Below are positions 39,581 to 52,603 of a DNA stretch of 64,000 nucleotides, piece after piece (positions within the stretch are counted from its first letter, which is position 1; the number at the start of each line of letters is the position of its first letter). The stretch is taken from positions 1,069,988 through 1,133,987 of the forward strand of contig CAJFCJ010000005.1 in assembly GCA_904063045.1 (NCBI GenBank). The letters run 5' to 3'. This stretch comes from Dimorphilus gyrociliatus (taxonomy: Eukaryota; Animalia; Annelida). The position numbers and the translations under genes are program-made. The notes under the pieces were generated by a model, which saw nothing but the letters and a program-made list of their open reading frames with translations, was not told the DNA's origin and searched no databases.

Positions 39581-42500
39581 TAATCCGATCTGCGTAAAGG
39601 TTAACGCTTCGATCGGTAATCCGCGTTTAATTGGTTCGTCGCCATTTTTTCATTAATTTCTTCTATCCCGTACAGCCGCCTGTCAAACGCAGGAGATTAG
39701 AGGAAGAAAAAGAAGGTAAAATAAATATAGATAAATACATATACTTACGACCATTTCGAATGATAACGTACGAATAGAGTATCACTATATCTCATAAAGA
39801 TTATCATTGTCCTGTTCTTTAGTAATCCTGTACTTAACGCTATTCCAAAAGCCAATTTAAATTTCTAAGTTTACCATGTGATATGCGGTTTTTTTCGCGT
39901 AGAATTTGCACAATGACGCTAAATCATCTCTGTATCTATTTACCTTATTCGAATTACAAAAATCCTTTTGTATGACATTTTACTCAATTTTTTTGTAAAA
40001 TATTCAAGTGGAATATTTGACTGTCTAAATAAGACAGAAAGAGCTTTATAGTAATTAATTTGGTATTTTTTCACTTTGATTGGATCAATTATAAAGTGCC
40101 TGTTATCGTCTTGGATCGACTACAAGTGAGATAGCCAGTATAGAAAATTCGTATTCTGCACTTTATCTAGTATAAACTATTGTAAAGATAGAAGGAATCG
40201 AAGTCAGACCACCATGACGGCGGCGACGCTCTGGAGAGCATCATGTTTCATTTGTAATCCCCTGTTTTTCCACGCATTCATCACGGACGGATTATGTTAG
40301 ATTATCTGCAAAGCCGTGATGGCCGTTCCTTTCTGCTGGGGATTACTGCTAATGCTGCAGCCGGCGTTGTTGCAGTATGTGACTTGATTTTTTTCCTGGG
40401 TGACGCCTGCCGCGTTTTTCTAGTTAACTATGTGTTTCGTTGAGCGTTCATTTTGAAAGGATTAATGTGGGTTGGATGAGCTGTCGGTGGTGACGCTCTG
40501 CCCCCACTAGAAGGATTAAGCGCCAGATTTTAGACGTCAATCTTGTTTGCCGGGCGCCGCGTTTCTTATTAAGACGTTGAGGCCGTTTTTTTTAGTTTTC
40601 CTTCAGTCTTTGCAATCGATTCTTACTTTTATATAGCGTACTGAAAGTTGCGTTGAGGTGTTGTATACGAAAAATTACATCCACAATTGAGGCAAGAAGT
40701 ACTCCTTCATGTAATTGTATAGGTATTATCAGCTAAGCAATTTTTCATTTAAAAATTTTATAAAGGAGAGCTAACTTAGAAAGCCCAGCGACGGATGTCA
40801 ATAGGATTTAAGAAGATGAAGAGAAATAATGCTATGTGTGAAGTATTTAAAGTGGTAGGGAGTTATGTAAAAAAAAGTAATTCCCGGTCGAAAATTTTGT
40901 AACTTAAGCAGCTGGAGTCAATAGTATTGAGGTCAGCATTAATATAAGAAAAGTATTGTAACGTGCTCAAACGCCCTAAATCGGAATTGATCGGCTAATC
41001 GTTTCAATACTGTCAACATTTCTGATTTTATCATAATTTTAAGTTGTTTGCAAGATGGCCCACATGTAGTTAAATCTTGTAAAGAGAGTCAATGGGATTT
41101 ATAAGGAGTGCTTGTAGCGTTGTCAAAAGTAAAATCTTCTTTAAACTTGTGCGAAGGCGTCTAATCTTTGGAACCTTTAGTGATGTATACGCATCGCCAT
41201 ATTGTTTGCCTTAACAACCGGAGTTAAAGGGATTTAAGCAATCCATATCAGTAGCAATCGTAAAAGTAGATGAAATAGATAATGTATTCACAAACTTATA
41301 TAAATTGTTAATTCGTCATGATTACAAATGACCCATCACCGAATTAGCAGTCGAAGAGTCAGACTATCTTAACTCTCTGTACAAACTAAACAAATAGTTA
41401 GTCTCGTCTGTCATCTAACGCTAAATGGATAAGCTCTATTATATTTTTATTAGTAGGCGAGCGTGTAATAACATTTTCTGGCGCGCGTTTATATTGTATA
41501 TATCTTTACATAAATATATATTTATAAATAGAGATATAGCGTATATAGCGGCGGCGTTTGCGAGAATTATGCGGCGTTTTGCGGGAGGTAAGAGCATCGA
41601 TCGCGTTTCGACCGTCCGGTTTTGCAGTAATCCGCCGGCCAGTATTCCGCTCGCGTCGTTAATCCTTTAATTATACTTTACGATTAAGGCCTACATCGAT
41701 AAGAGGGGGGCGTCGACTAGAAAGTTTTACAATAAAAGGGCTCTATTTAATTTATTTTCCATCGCTTTTTTTAACTGGTCACAGGATTCAATATATTTAT
41801 TCCCGCCGTGCAGCTAGACTGACTGTAGCTTCTTCACTGAAAAAGCCTAATCGTTTAGTGACTTATCGTACAATTTTTTTTTACTATTTAAAGAAAGACT
41901 ATCTAATGTTAAGCGGAAATAGAATTTTGATTTTAATCTCCAATTATCCAACGACCACTCTGGTCGTTTCGATTCTAACATGTTTAAGCCTCTACCTCTA
42001 CTAGTTTCATTCGACGAATATACTGATTACAATAGGGTAATGATTTCACATGTTATCTTAATTCCCTTTTAGTCACTGTCTATACATAAAGGTTCTTTTT
42101 AGTAAAAAACATTACCCAGTTTGCCCTAGTTCCATCTAAAGCTTATTGCCGATTCCACCATCTATACAGTCTAGTCGTATAAGTCCTCAATATAAAAATC
42201 GTTTGTGATTTTATCTTGAAGTCAGCGCCAAAAAGTATCATCTTTATTTTTCATAATGCGCACTATTTTATCCTTAACTTACTCTCAAAAAAATCGAACA
42301 GTCATATAATTTTAGACGACATCCGTCAAATAAGAATTTGAATAAATGATTACCAGTGATAAATTGTAATTCCTTTGTACGTCTTAATATGTATTATGAT
42401 AAGTTTTTGGCATCACTATATCCAGTAACGCATACAGGTGAAATCTGAACGGTATGCGATTATTGCTTTCGGTTTCTGTCTCTTAAAGTTCAGCAGACAC

Positions 42501-43940
42501 TTATAGGTCAGAGCATCCGGCTAGAAAAGAGGCTTAGGTCTATTGTCAGCCTCCTAACTCTCCGGGGAATTAGGCGCAGCTCCGATTTGGCTTTAGGTCG
42601 GCGCTTAAATCGTCGTAAAAAGCTTGCTAAAAAGTAGGTAGAAGCTTTAAGTAGAGGAAGTATATGGCGTGATTTTTCTAATGCCGACATGATCAGCTCT
42701 AAGGTCACGACAATCGGGTCGCTTCGGTCACGCTAGTCTTCCTCCTCCTGTTGTCCGTTAATTATTGGCTTTTTTTACTAAAAGGAATGCTAAGTTTACT
42801 CTTGAAGAGGTAAGAGAATTTTGCGGGTAGTCTTTTTCGGGATTCTTTCAGTTTGAAAATTTATTGTTTCTAAATTATCTGTCTAAAATTTCACTTGAAC
42901 ATATTTATCAGCAGACCTACTAATGTTTAGTTTTTCTCATGATTCTCAAATTGACTATTGTTTTTTTATTGATTCGTTCATCGTTAAAAAAAAGAAATTA
43001 AAACAATGCAATACACTGACCGTATTGCATATGCGGAGACGTATTGCAGGCTTGTTTCCTAAGATATTCACAAATAAATTCACCTGCTTGGGAATTTGGT
43101 GACTTTTTGACACGTGCAATTATCTCTTTGTGTAATGTTGCAAAAGTTAATTAAAGATCCATTTAAACAAAAAATAAAAAGGGAAAACGAAAGTATTTTA
43201 AGGTGTATTACACAATTTTTTTTAACTAAAGAAAACATAAAATATTTTAAAATCAAGTTTCATAAGTTTCTATTATCTATAGCCAGCTGTTTGCCGAGTT
43301 TGGAAAGGCAGATAAAAACGTTAATCCTAGGATGACCTTAATCTGATGTTAATCCTCGCTCGCTGCGTTTTGTCGATGCTTAATGAAGTTTTATTCGATT
43401 TTTTTCTGAGCTTCTATAATTAAAAAGCGATTACTGTAGTTTCCCTTGTTTTTACCGAAGGCATGCGGTGATTTCAATACAATACACCGCCGCTAGATGG
43501 AGTGTACATTTCTAAAAGGCTTATGCATCGTTTACGTAATGGATTTAAAAATTTTAGGTTTTAAATTCTACGGGTAAACGGCGGACTGTTCCTAGGTTAC
43601 CATTAATCCGGATTAGAATAATTCTTTCGTCGATATTTCGTTTAAATAGGAACGATGCGGATTATCCATAATCCGGGATTATCCCCGGACACGTTTGCGG
43701 ATAAATTTTGTCGGTGCGTCAGATGGTAATGCGTTTTCGTCGAGACAACAACTAGTGTTAGGGTAGGATACTATGGATCGTAAGTATTTAACTATTTATA
43801 CCGACGACTAGATAATTTATAATAGGCAACAGAGTACGCAACGCAACCCTGTCGCCATTTTTATCCGCTTCAATATAGCGTTTTTAAATGCAATTAAAAA
43901 GATCGGAAATCTTCTTGCACCAAAAATGAGATTTGGATTA
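39581..43940. promoter_or_regulatory. Cluster of 18 TAATCC/GGATTA (K50 homeodomain) sites in the non-coding region upstream of the Dve/SATB-like gene
   Basis: Hits at 39581, 39617, 39823, 40255, 40289, 40340, 40459, 40513, 41628, 41660, 43322, 43350, 43604, 43610, 43659, 43669, 43676, 43935. I counted 3 by eye in the equally long intergenic stretch 5000-9400. Confidence 0.65.
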
Positions 43941-45116
43941 GCCGACATGTTTATTTGTTAAAATGTGGGGGAAAATTTTGATATCGCCGTCTTAAAAAGA
44001 TAAAAAGATGTTTCGTTGTTGTTTGAGGAATGTTCCAAAGAATAGTTGATTATTACGTAAGAGGCTCTTCAAGTTTTCTTAGCAATTCCTTAATTTAGAT
44101 AGGTCTACTAGAGTACAATAAGAATTATATTATAGGTACCAAGGACATTTAGTATTATTATTCACAGTATTATTTTTACTATGTCGTGTTTAAAAATAAA
44201 TAAAGCAAAAACTTATAGCGAGCACTAGGTAGGCTATTGTGCATAAGCTATAAAGGGAGATTTTTTAAAGGCGCAACGTAGCGTGCTGAACAAGATAAGC
44301 TTTTTCAGGCGCGCCTAGTTCAGGTATTGAAATTTCCCTTTTGTTAAATGAATTTGGATGCCTCGCGAGCTTTCGAGAGGGGAAGAGAATGAACGTTTTA
44401 AAGCGAAAGTCATCGCGTCGCCGATGCGTAGTGAGATTAAGATTGGCGTAGGAAAAACGGTTGAACAATGGATTGAATAGTACAAATTCCCAGTAGGCAA
44501 CTTTCGAAAGGCGATTTCAATGCGCTGCGCGTTTTTCGATTATCCCATGGAGTCGTGCTGAGAGAATGTACAGCTTGTCGCCTCTCTAACGAAATTGGCC
44601 AAATTGAACTATAGTGAAAGTATAGTATTGTATGCGAGGAGAGAGAAAATTTCTCTCAGGTGATAATCTCTCGCTAAATAGAACGCGCCCTGTAGAAAAA
44701 GTATTGAAATCTCCTCTAGAGATCTGGACAGGTGCGCTTTAAAATGGATTTGAAGACATCTTGAAAGCGAAGGGCAGATGCAAAGAATCTTCATAGTCCA
44801 ATGAACATGGGCGTTGTAAATCATTCTCTTGTGTGGTCTTTTCTATTTTCACACAAGGCTCATCTTAGATTAAATTCTATAAAAAAGTTAGTCGATTCTT
44901 ATTAAAATTCGCTTTAAAAAAAAAAACAAAGTTTGATCTGGTAGTACAGTAGTTGAATCACGAATTTCCGACTGGATAAAGTAGAGATTATACGTAATGA
45001 ATATGCAAATGACACGGAGGAGGCGTTCATTGGTTGTTCGGGTTTTCATAATAGACTCTACGGGAGAGGGCGGAGCTTATTTTCTCTCTTTCGCTTTCGC
45101 GTCAGTAGAAAGAGTC

Positions 45117-48100
45117 ATGCTGCCCGTTCAACATCAATTCGGATTAATGAAGTTTGGAGTTCTGAAGAATTATCCACCGAATTTCGATCCGGCTGTGATG
45201 GCAGCTGCTATAGCTTCGAATCATGGTTAAATTTAAATACTTTATACCATTTCTTAAACTTATTGCACTTACGCGATAACGACGTAGGAATTTTAATTTT
45301 TTTATGTAATATTTCAAAACAAACATTATCCCATTAAAGAGGTAATGCTTATACTCATATTAATAATGCTGTAAATATATTTTAACGTAAAATAGATAAA
45401 GAAACTTTCGAATTAGACGCCCGATATATTAAACTTCCATACGATAAAGTTTTTATTTTTTTTTTGATTATTTTCGATTGAGTCTAATGTGTTCTCCTTA
45501 TCATTTTTGTCTCTTTTATTTTTTACATTCTTGAGCGTATTGTAAAATTAACAGGTTTTAAAATAAATAATTTCCTCTTTACAACTATACAAGAAAAAGA
45601 AAAAGAAAGAAACGAAATAAGGGAAGATATTAAGGCACTATAAAAGCAAAAATTCTTTTCTATAGGCTTACGCTTTTGTTGCCTATTCTTATCTTTATCT
45701 TCTTTCAAATCTTCAGTAGTTTCATAAAATTGTAAAAAATAGAAAAGGCCAGAAGGAAACTAGATTAATGCCCAGATAATACCCGAGATGGTAAACACAA
45801 GTCGACAATAGCATTTTTGAGTAGGCTAAAAACTTTTCTGTACGCTGTACTATCAGGACACCTGGTCGGTTTTCGCATATAATCTCGATTATCTCGTGAG
45901 ACCGTCAAGATGCTGACAGACTTTATTAAAGCATCGTTAATCTTTTTTAATACAGCGAACAAGAGTATGCCTATTCACTGTATTGTTGAGAAGACGCCCT
46001 CGACTGTCGAAGTTGACAGTTACGCAATTTTATCAAATTCGACGCCGTTCAACGAAATAGTCGGAACAGCCCTTCAGAAACTTGGATTCTCAACATCCCA
46101 AAGTGTTGGAGCAAAAGGTTGGTATAAGTAATAAGGAATTTTAATATTGAAAACGAGATTTGTATAGAAGAATATTGTGCCTATTCAAAACGCATCTAAA
46201 GAATGAGATTAGTCAGACCGACGCCAAGCTGGTCAGTGAAATTGCCTGACAAAAATTTCGCTCGTTCATCTTTATAGGCCTATAATGGCGATTAATTACT
46301 ATAAATAAAAACGACGCCCTATTATTAAAGAGAAAGCGATAGAGAAAAGAGTGACTAAAAGAGGGGCGGGAAAGATTTATAGACGAATAGATCATGAAAT
46401 CGAATGTTTACTCGAAAATTCAACTATTAATCCCTTTTTGTTTATTTTACTGGCGTATTGAAAGTGAATTTTTTTTATAATCCTACGAAGAAGAACGATA
46501 AGTAGGTGCGAATGGTAATTAAACAAAATAGGGTATATTTTTCTCGGCAAATTTCTTTAACAATCGTTAATAAGAAGTAAATAACATTTAAAGTGTTACG
46601 AATTAGTGTAATTTTTTTCTCCTTTCCCCTCTTGATGAACAAACTGTTTGTCTCACAAATTCAACACTATGAAAACTCAATTGCAATTGATCACGTGATT
46701 CAAAAAAAAAGTTTGATCGATATTGAAAAGAATTTTTGTTCGGAGCATATTGCCTCTATTCAAAGCGCATCCTAAATGGGATTAGACTGACTGACGCCAA
46801 ATTTAGTCAGTGAAATCGCCCCTACGTGGAAATTAATTGGTTTTCTTAAAACTTTTACTGAGCCTAATTACAAGGCACCGCGACGACTATAGTCGCTAAA
46901 CACATTTTTTTCGCGCCACTTTCTAAAAACAGTCCTCACGTTTAATTATAGAGAACGTTGCCGCACCTACCTTTTTTGTTTATGCCGACAGGTACCATAC
47001 AAATAAAAAATTGGAAAGCACTGACGTTCGATACGATTACCGATAATCCGGATGCTACTGTTGAAGATTTACTGGCTGATTTGACATCAGTTGTAACATT
47101 GAGAATTCGCCTTTGCAGGTTAGTTATCATAAATTATATACAGTATATATATATAAAACTTTAATGTACAAGTATATTTATAAATAGATATACTGTATAT
47201 GCATTGTGCGTATATAGAGTTAGGAATTTGGTCGGGTTTTTCCTTATGAAAATTGATACTATTTCGTTATTACTTTTTTTTAAATTCATTGTGCGAATCT
47301 AGAGTTTATAGTATATACTGTACTTTGGTGAAACACATATACACAAACCCCAAATATAGCAATCATGAATGCGATAAACCAGATTCCGCCATATTTTATT
47401 CTCTTTTCAAAAGTATTCAAAAAGTTGGTGGGGCGTTCATCCGTATAAAATTTTAAAGCATTAATCTTTTATTAACTAGTTCGTTATTATTATTATTATT
47501 TTCTCAAATTGAAAAGGGATTTTCTTTCCACGTTTTTTTTTCATAAATCTGAATATGAGGTGAGTGTTTCACCAATTCATTTTTAGTCAAAAAAAAGAAA
47601 AAAGCTCTTCTTTATATTCAATTTGAAGAGTCTGTAATATTACTTAGTCTTATAAGTAGAAGATAAATAAGTTTTTTTTCCTTAAAAGTATTCAAGTGAT
47701 TTTAATATATAAAAAGCATCAGTGTTAAAATTTTCGATTAAATCCCCCAGCACCTCATCAGATTTAAATGTAAAAGAAAAACAAAATGGTGGAAAAACCT
47801 TACTATTTTCTCCTCAATATATATATATATATATATATATGTATACTGTATATATATATATATATATACTGTATATATTCTATATATTTATTTTTTTATT
47901 CATTTTCTATATTTAAAAAAAAATACCTCTTGGGTCATGTTGTTATATTTTTGTTTCGTCCGTCACGTTATACAGCTCGTCTAGAGTAAGCGCGATAGAC
48001 GAAATCAAAGAGAAGCTGCTCAAGTTTCTGCTTACGCGTTCTATAGTTACGCTCCAAAACGCCGGCTGTCCGATCGATCAGGTTCGAATCCCTTTTCCTC

Positions 48101-49352
48101 TTTTTTACTTAAAAACAATCGAGTCAACGATATTTCTTAATAGAATTTATTGAATCGCTTCGCTAACGGAGACTTCACCGTGTCGGAAGCCACAGCTAAA
48201 ACATTCGATCAATGGTATAAAAAGCAATCGGAAGAAAAAGTTTTACTAAATGGAGGTGGAATTGGAATTTCACCAGGCAATGGAATGGGAGGGGTAGGGG
48301 TTGGTTTAGGTGGTCTAGGAGGTACCTCCTCAGACGAAGCCGCTAAGAGAGCCAGAACGAGCTTTGACCCAGAACACGAGATTCCAAGACTTCAGACTTG
48401 GTTTAAAGAATGCCAGCATCCCAGTAAGGAGCAGATGACCACTTTCTTAGATGAACTTAATTCACTCGAATCGAGGAAGGGTAGAAAGCCGTTGGATTTA
48501 ACAAATATTGTTTACTGGTTTAAGAACACAAGAGCAGCCATGAAGAGGTCTCAAAATAAGTATATGACGGATGAGAATGAAAATGAGGCCGTTCAGTCGG
48601 CTGACGCTGAGAGTGAAGGTTCCCGAGTACCAGAACTGCCAAATTCAAATGCCATTTATGTTTTCAATCCTAACAATGAGGAGGAGGAGGAAGAGGATGA
48701 TTTCAATGAATCTGAGTCAGATTTTGAAGAGGAGAAAGTTAAGAAAGAGCACCATGAGGGATCATCATCCATCAAACAAGAACCGGAAAATATAAAGAAG
48801 CGACATCTATCGGAAGATGATGATGAACCTCGCCATGTTACTCCTCCGGCCTTTCCAACATTTCCGCCTTTTACAAGTCAATCACAGGCCCTGCACAATG
48901 CAATGCTCCACAATCCATTAGCAGCAGCTGCGTCAATGCAGCTATTTCATCCAGCAGCAGCAGCGTTATACACTCCATCGATACTAAACACTCCAAACGC
49001 TCACGCGCAACAATACCCATCTCCAACTTCGGCACCAGGTCCGAATGAAACACCGACACCTCCTAGTGGAAGTAGTTTACCAAATGATGAGAGAAAGAAG
49101 AGGTCAAGAGTGTTCATTGATCCACTCTCAGAAATTCCAAAATTGGAAAAGTGGTTTGGCGAAGACACGCATCCAAGTTCGTATATGATCGAAAAGTATA
49201 CTGAAGAGTTGAATAGAAGCGAATACAGACATAGATTTCCCAGATTGGAACCGAAAAATGTTCAATTATGGTTTAAGAACCATAGAGCCAAGGTCAAGAG
49301 AGCGAGGCTGGAATTGCCCAGTCAGAATTCGGATTTAGTTCAGGACGTTTAA
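45117..49352 (+). CDS. dve: Compass/Defective proventriculus (Dve)-type CUT-class homeobox protein, 570 aa; exons 45117-45225, 45956-46117, 46992-47118, 47976-48081, 48144-49352
   Basis: ULD/COMPASS domain (MPIHCIVE...GTIQIKNWKAL...TVEDLL...TLRIRL), diverged CUTL-like segment (CPIDQ...FDQWY), two homeodomains (RARTSFDPEHEIPRLQTWF...YWFKN; RSRVFIDPLSEIPKLEKWF...WFKNHRAK). The first exon is less certain. Confidence 0.9.
46172..46820. repeat. Diverged ~75-bp direct repeat, two copies (46172-46246 and 46747-46820), in dve intron 2
   Basis: Shared blocks ATATTG, CTATTCAAA, CGCATC, AATG, GATTAG, GACGCCAA, GTCAGTGAAAT and GCC in the same order and spacing. Confidence 0.8.
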
Positions 49353-49469
49353 TTACGTACTTTTCACATCTGCACAGTTTTTGCACACTTACAAAACTAG
49401 TCCTGCTCTGCGTTCAATTCAGAGTGCAAAAATTTTTTTTTTGTTTCTTTATGTTTACTTACATATACA

Positions 49470-49488
49470 GTATATATATATACATATA

Positions 49489-49535
<47 letters not shown>

Positions 49536-49560
49536 TAATATATACATATATATATATTTA
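49470..49560. repeat. (TA)n microsatellite; similar runs near 12314-12346, 17343-17375, 50949-50980 and 53871-53928
   Basis: Directly visible TA runs. Confidence 0.9.
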
Positions 49561-50946
49561 AGAATGTATAAATAACAACATTAATATATATATATATTAA
49601 TGCGTATGAAATTCAAGATTATATATTTATATATTGTTCCCCGTAGACGTTCAGCGTTTTCTATGATGTTTTTTAACCACGTGTTCATTTATTTCCCTCA
49701 TTCCAGATTTTCTTACATTCCATATTAAATTAAATTGTACATATACGTGTCGTTACGTTATTATTAAATAGGTTAAATAAAAATTGCAAATTGTCCTAGT
49801 ACATTTTGGGTCGAAAAAAAAAAAACAGTTTTTTTTTGGCTATTTTAATCTCATTGCAGATTGTTTGTTTAAAAAAACAAAACAAAAAAAAAAACACACA
49901 GACTATTTAGTTGTTATACTTTATATTAATTTAAATTTAATTACCATCAATTGTCAATTTTGCTAACAACTTACCTTATTAATTCTCCGACTAAGCTAGA
50001 TTAAGTGTTTATTTTTAACAACTTATTCTGTTTTATCCCTCTAAATATTTTTATTTACCTGTATTTAATTGGATGGGCGTCGGTGATTAGGGGGAAAAAA
50101 ACCTGCTTTATTGGGATGAGTATCAGATGAGAAAAAGAGAGAAAAAGAAACAAACGGAGAGAAAATTTTTGAATGCTTTTGAAAAATATTTTTTTTTCCT
50201 TATTAATTATTATAATTAAACAATACTCGTTAATTATCGCCACTGTACATTATCTATATATATATATATATATACACCATATATATAGAAGGAGACACGT
50301 GCGTTTTGTTAAGTAATGTACAGCAGTTATAGATATTCAGTCGTACGAGTACTGTATATTTGTATAGGATTCTATCCTTTTTCATTATATTTGGTTCATA
50401 TGTTTTACACTTAAAAAGTATGTTGAATATTTTTTGAATAGAATTAATGTCGTTAACTTTATTGGCTTTTTGAGTTGTTAATGTACGACGAATATACGAC
50501 CTATCTTTGTAAAATCGTTTCAAAGACGTTATTTATTGAGAGAAACTTTCTTATAAACTACACCGATATTTCTATTTAAAAGTCTCTAATAAAAAAATTT
50601 ACCGAATCGTCATAGCAACATACCTCTACACCTTATTAATTCGCGCCTAATCTGGATTAGACGTCCGACAAGTGACGTTAATCCGCTTCGGATTTGATTC
50701 ATCCATAACGTCCTTTAGACGGATTCATTTCGGATTTGATTAATTAGGTCGTCGTGTATAAGGCTTGAAATACCTTTCCTGCATACCTTATATTTAATAA
50801 AAAGTCAAAAAGGCTCATAACCTTTTAAGATGTTTATGCATTTACCTTCGAATGGACATAGGCCTAAATTAAAAAAAATTACCAAAAGATACAAAGATAA
50901 ATTATATGACTATATACTGGCGTTTGTGTGTATGATTGTATATACA

Positions 50947-50985
<39 letters not shown>

Positions 50986-51086
50986 CCGTAGAGTGTATAT
51001 TAACATGTACTTCTTCAATGGTGATGCGTATTTTTAAATGGGCTTCAATGGCTTTCTTTTTAAATGATGATCTATATTTTCTATAG

Positions 51087-51995
51087 ACTCAACGACAGTA
51101 AAGAATGGTCTGAATCGAATGTTGCGGCAGCTGTAAAATTTTTATTGTCCAGAGAAGATATTAACCAAAGTCTTCTAGCTAAAATTTCCCCACTAAGTCA
51201 GGTAAGAGATACAGATGGCGTTATTATATTTAAATGAGGGACATTCTTTTATTCATTTCCCTAAATGCGGGTATTATTTCTAATTATACCTTGTTCGAAT
51301 AAACAAATACAGTCAACTATTTCAACAATTGCAAATGGTAAGGCGAGCATAACAGCAAAGAAATGTAAAGCATTTGGAGAATGGTATATGAAGTTCATTC
51401 AAGACGGTATTTTTTCAATATGATATAATCTGCATACCTGCTTATCTTAAATATGCATATATATATATATATATATAATATACGCCTACCCCTATATTTT
51501 CCATATTTAGCCAAAGAAGCGTCTACTAGTGGTAAAATGATTAAAAGGGAAACGTTTCGTTCTACCGAAATACCTAAATTAAGAGAATGGTTTAACGTAA
51601 ATAGAAAACCGTCAATGGCAGATTTGGAGAAATACCGAGATATATTAAATAACGGCCCAGCCAGAATAGATAAGTATAAAATAACAGTTCAGAAACTTCA
51701 GGTATATAGAAAGCTTATATAAAAAGTCCATAAATAAGTTTATACGTAAATTTTGATAATAAAATAGGTTTGGTTCAAGAATGAGAGGCAAAAGGAAAAA
51801 ATATCTGAAGGTAAGAAATGCTCAGATAAAGATGACAAATGTAGCAAAGAAGGAAAGTCTGAAGAAACGGCTAACGATAGACAACAAACTTTAGCTCAAT
51901 TAGGTCTAGGTTCGCCAGAATTTACAATGGATTTTGGTTTGGAAGAAGTTCAAAAGTTCGCCAGTTTTTACGATGACTTTAATCTAAATGGATAA
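51087..51995 (+). CDS. SATB-like CUTL + K50 homeodomain module; exons 51087-51201, 51313-51406, 51511-51701, 51768-51995. Probably alternative 3' exons of the dve locus
   Basis: Translates to LNDSKEWSESNVAAAVKFLLSREDINQSLLAKISPLSQSTISTIANG...AKKCKAFGEWY, which resembles the SATB1 CUTL domain, then FRSTEIPKLREWF...LQVWFKNERQK. The first exon is phase 2, matching the donor at 47118. Confidence 0.82.
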
Positions 51996-52603
51996 TAATG
52001 CCGATGGGTCATCACAATGATGATAATGATGTAACTTTTAATGGTTCAACTCTCTTTTTATTGTTTTTTGTTTGTTATGCATTTTTTTGGAACAATTAGT
52101 GACAACTTCGTAATTGTAAACAAATCTACCGTTTACTTAAGAATAAAAACGTCTGCTTTTAGACGGAAGATAGATTTCTATGCGTTGAAAAAAACTAAGG
52201 CGAAAAAATAACACTCTTCTTTATTGCGACAAAAAATGTTTATCGGTTTTTATTCTTCATATTATCGAAACGTTATTTTCGTTTATCTCTTCCTCTTTTC
52301 TTATCTTCTGTGAGTGATTTTATGGGTTATTTGAAAAATAATATGATAGAATGATTTAAGTTTGTATTTCGAAAAATAATTAAAATATGTATTCTTAATT
52401 AAAACATTCCATTTTCCCATTAATAAACAGAAAGCTCAAGACTTCGTTGAAAAGGTTGGTAAAGAGGTTCACTAATTAATAAACACATTCCTAAATAATG
52501 CAGGTTTACAAAAGAGTTTGCAGATTTCGAAAGAGTCAATTTGTACAATAGACAGAAGAAAAGTAAAATGTTTGAAGGTATCACAAATAGGCACTAAAGT
52601 TTA

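Noticed and set aside
40214-40300. 28-codon ORF with a good Kozak context (ACCACCATGA) in a GC-rich island
   Set aside because: No similarity to anything I recognise; the island is better explained as cis-regulatory DNA rich in K50 sites.
48081-48092. GGTTCGAATCCC, a tRNA B-box/T-arm-like motif
   Set aside because: It coincides with the dve exon 4 donor; the upstream sequence is coding and gives no cloverleaf or A-box.
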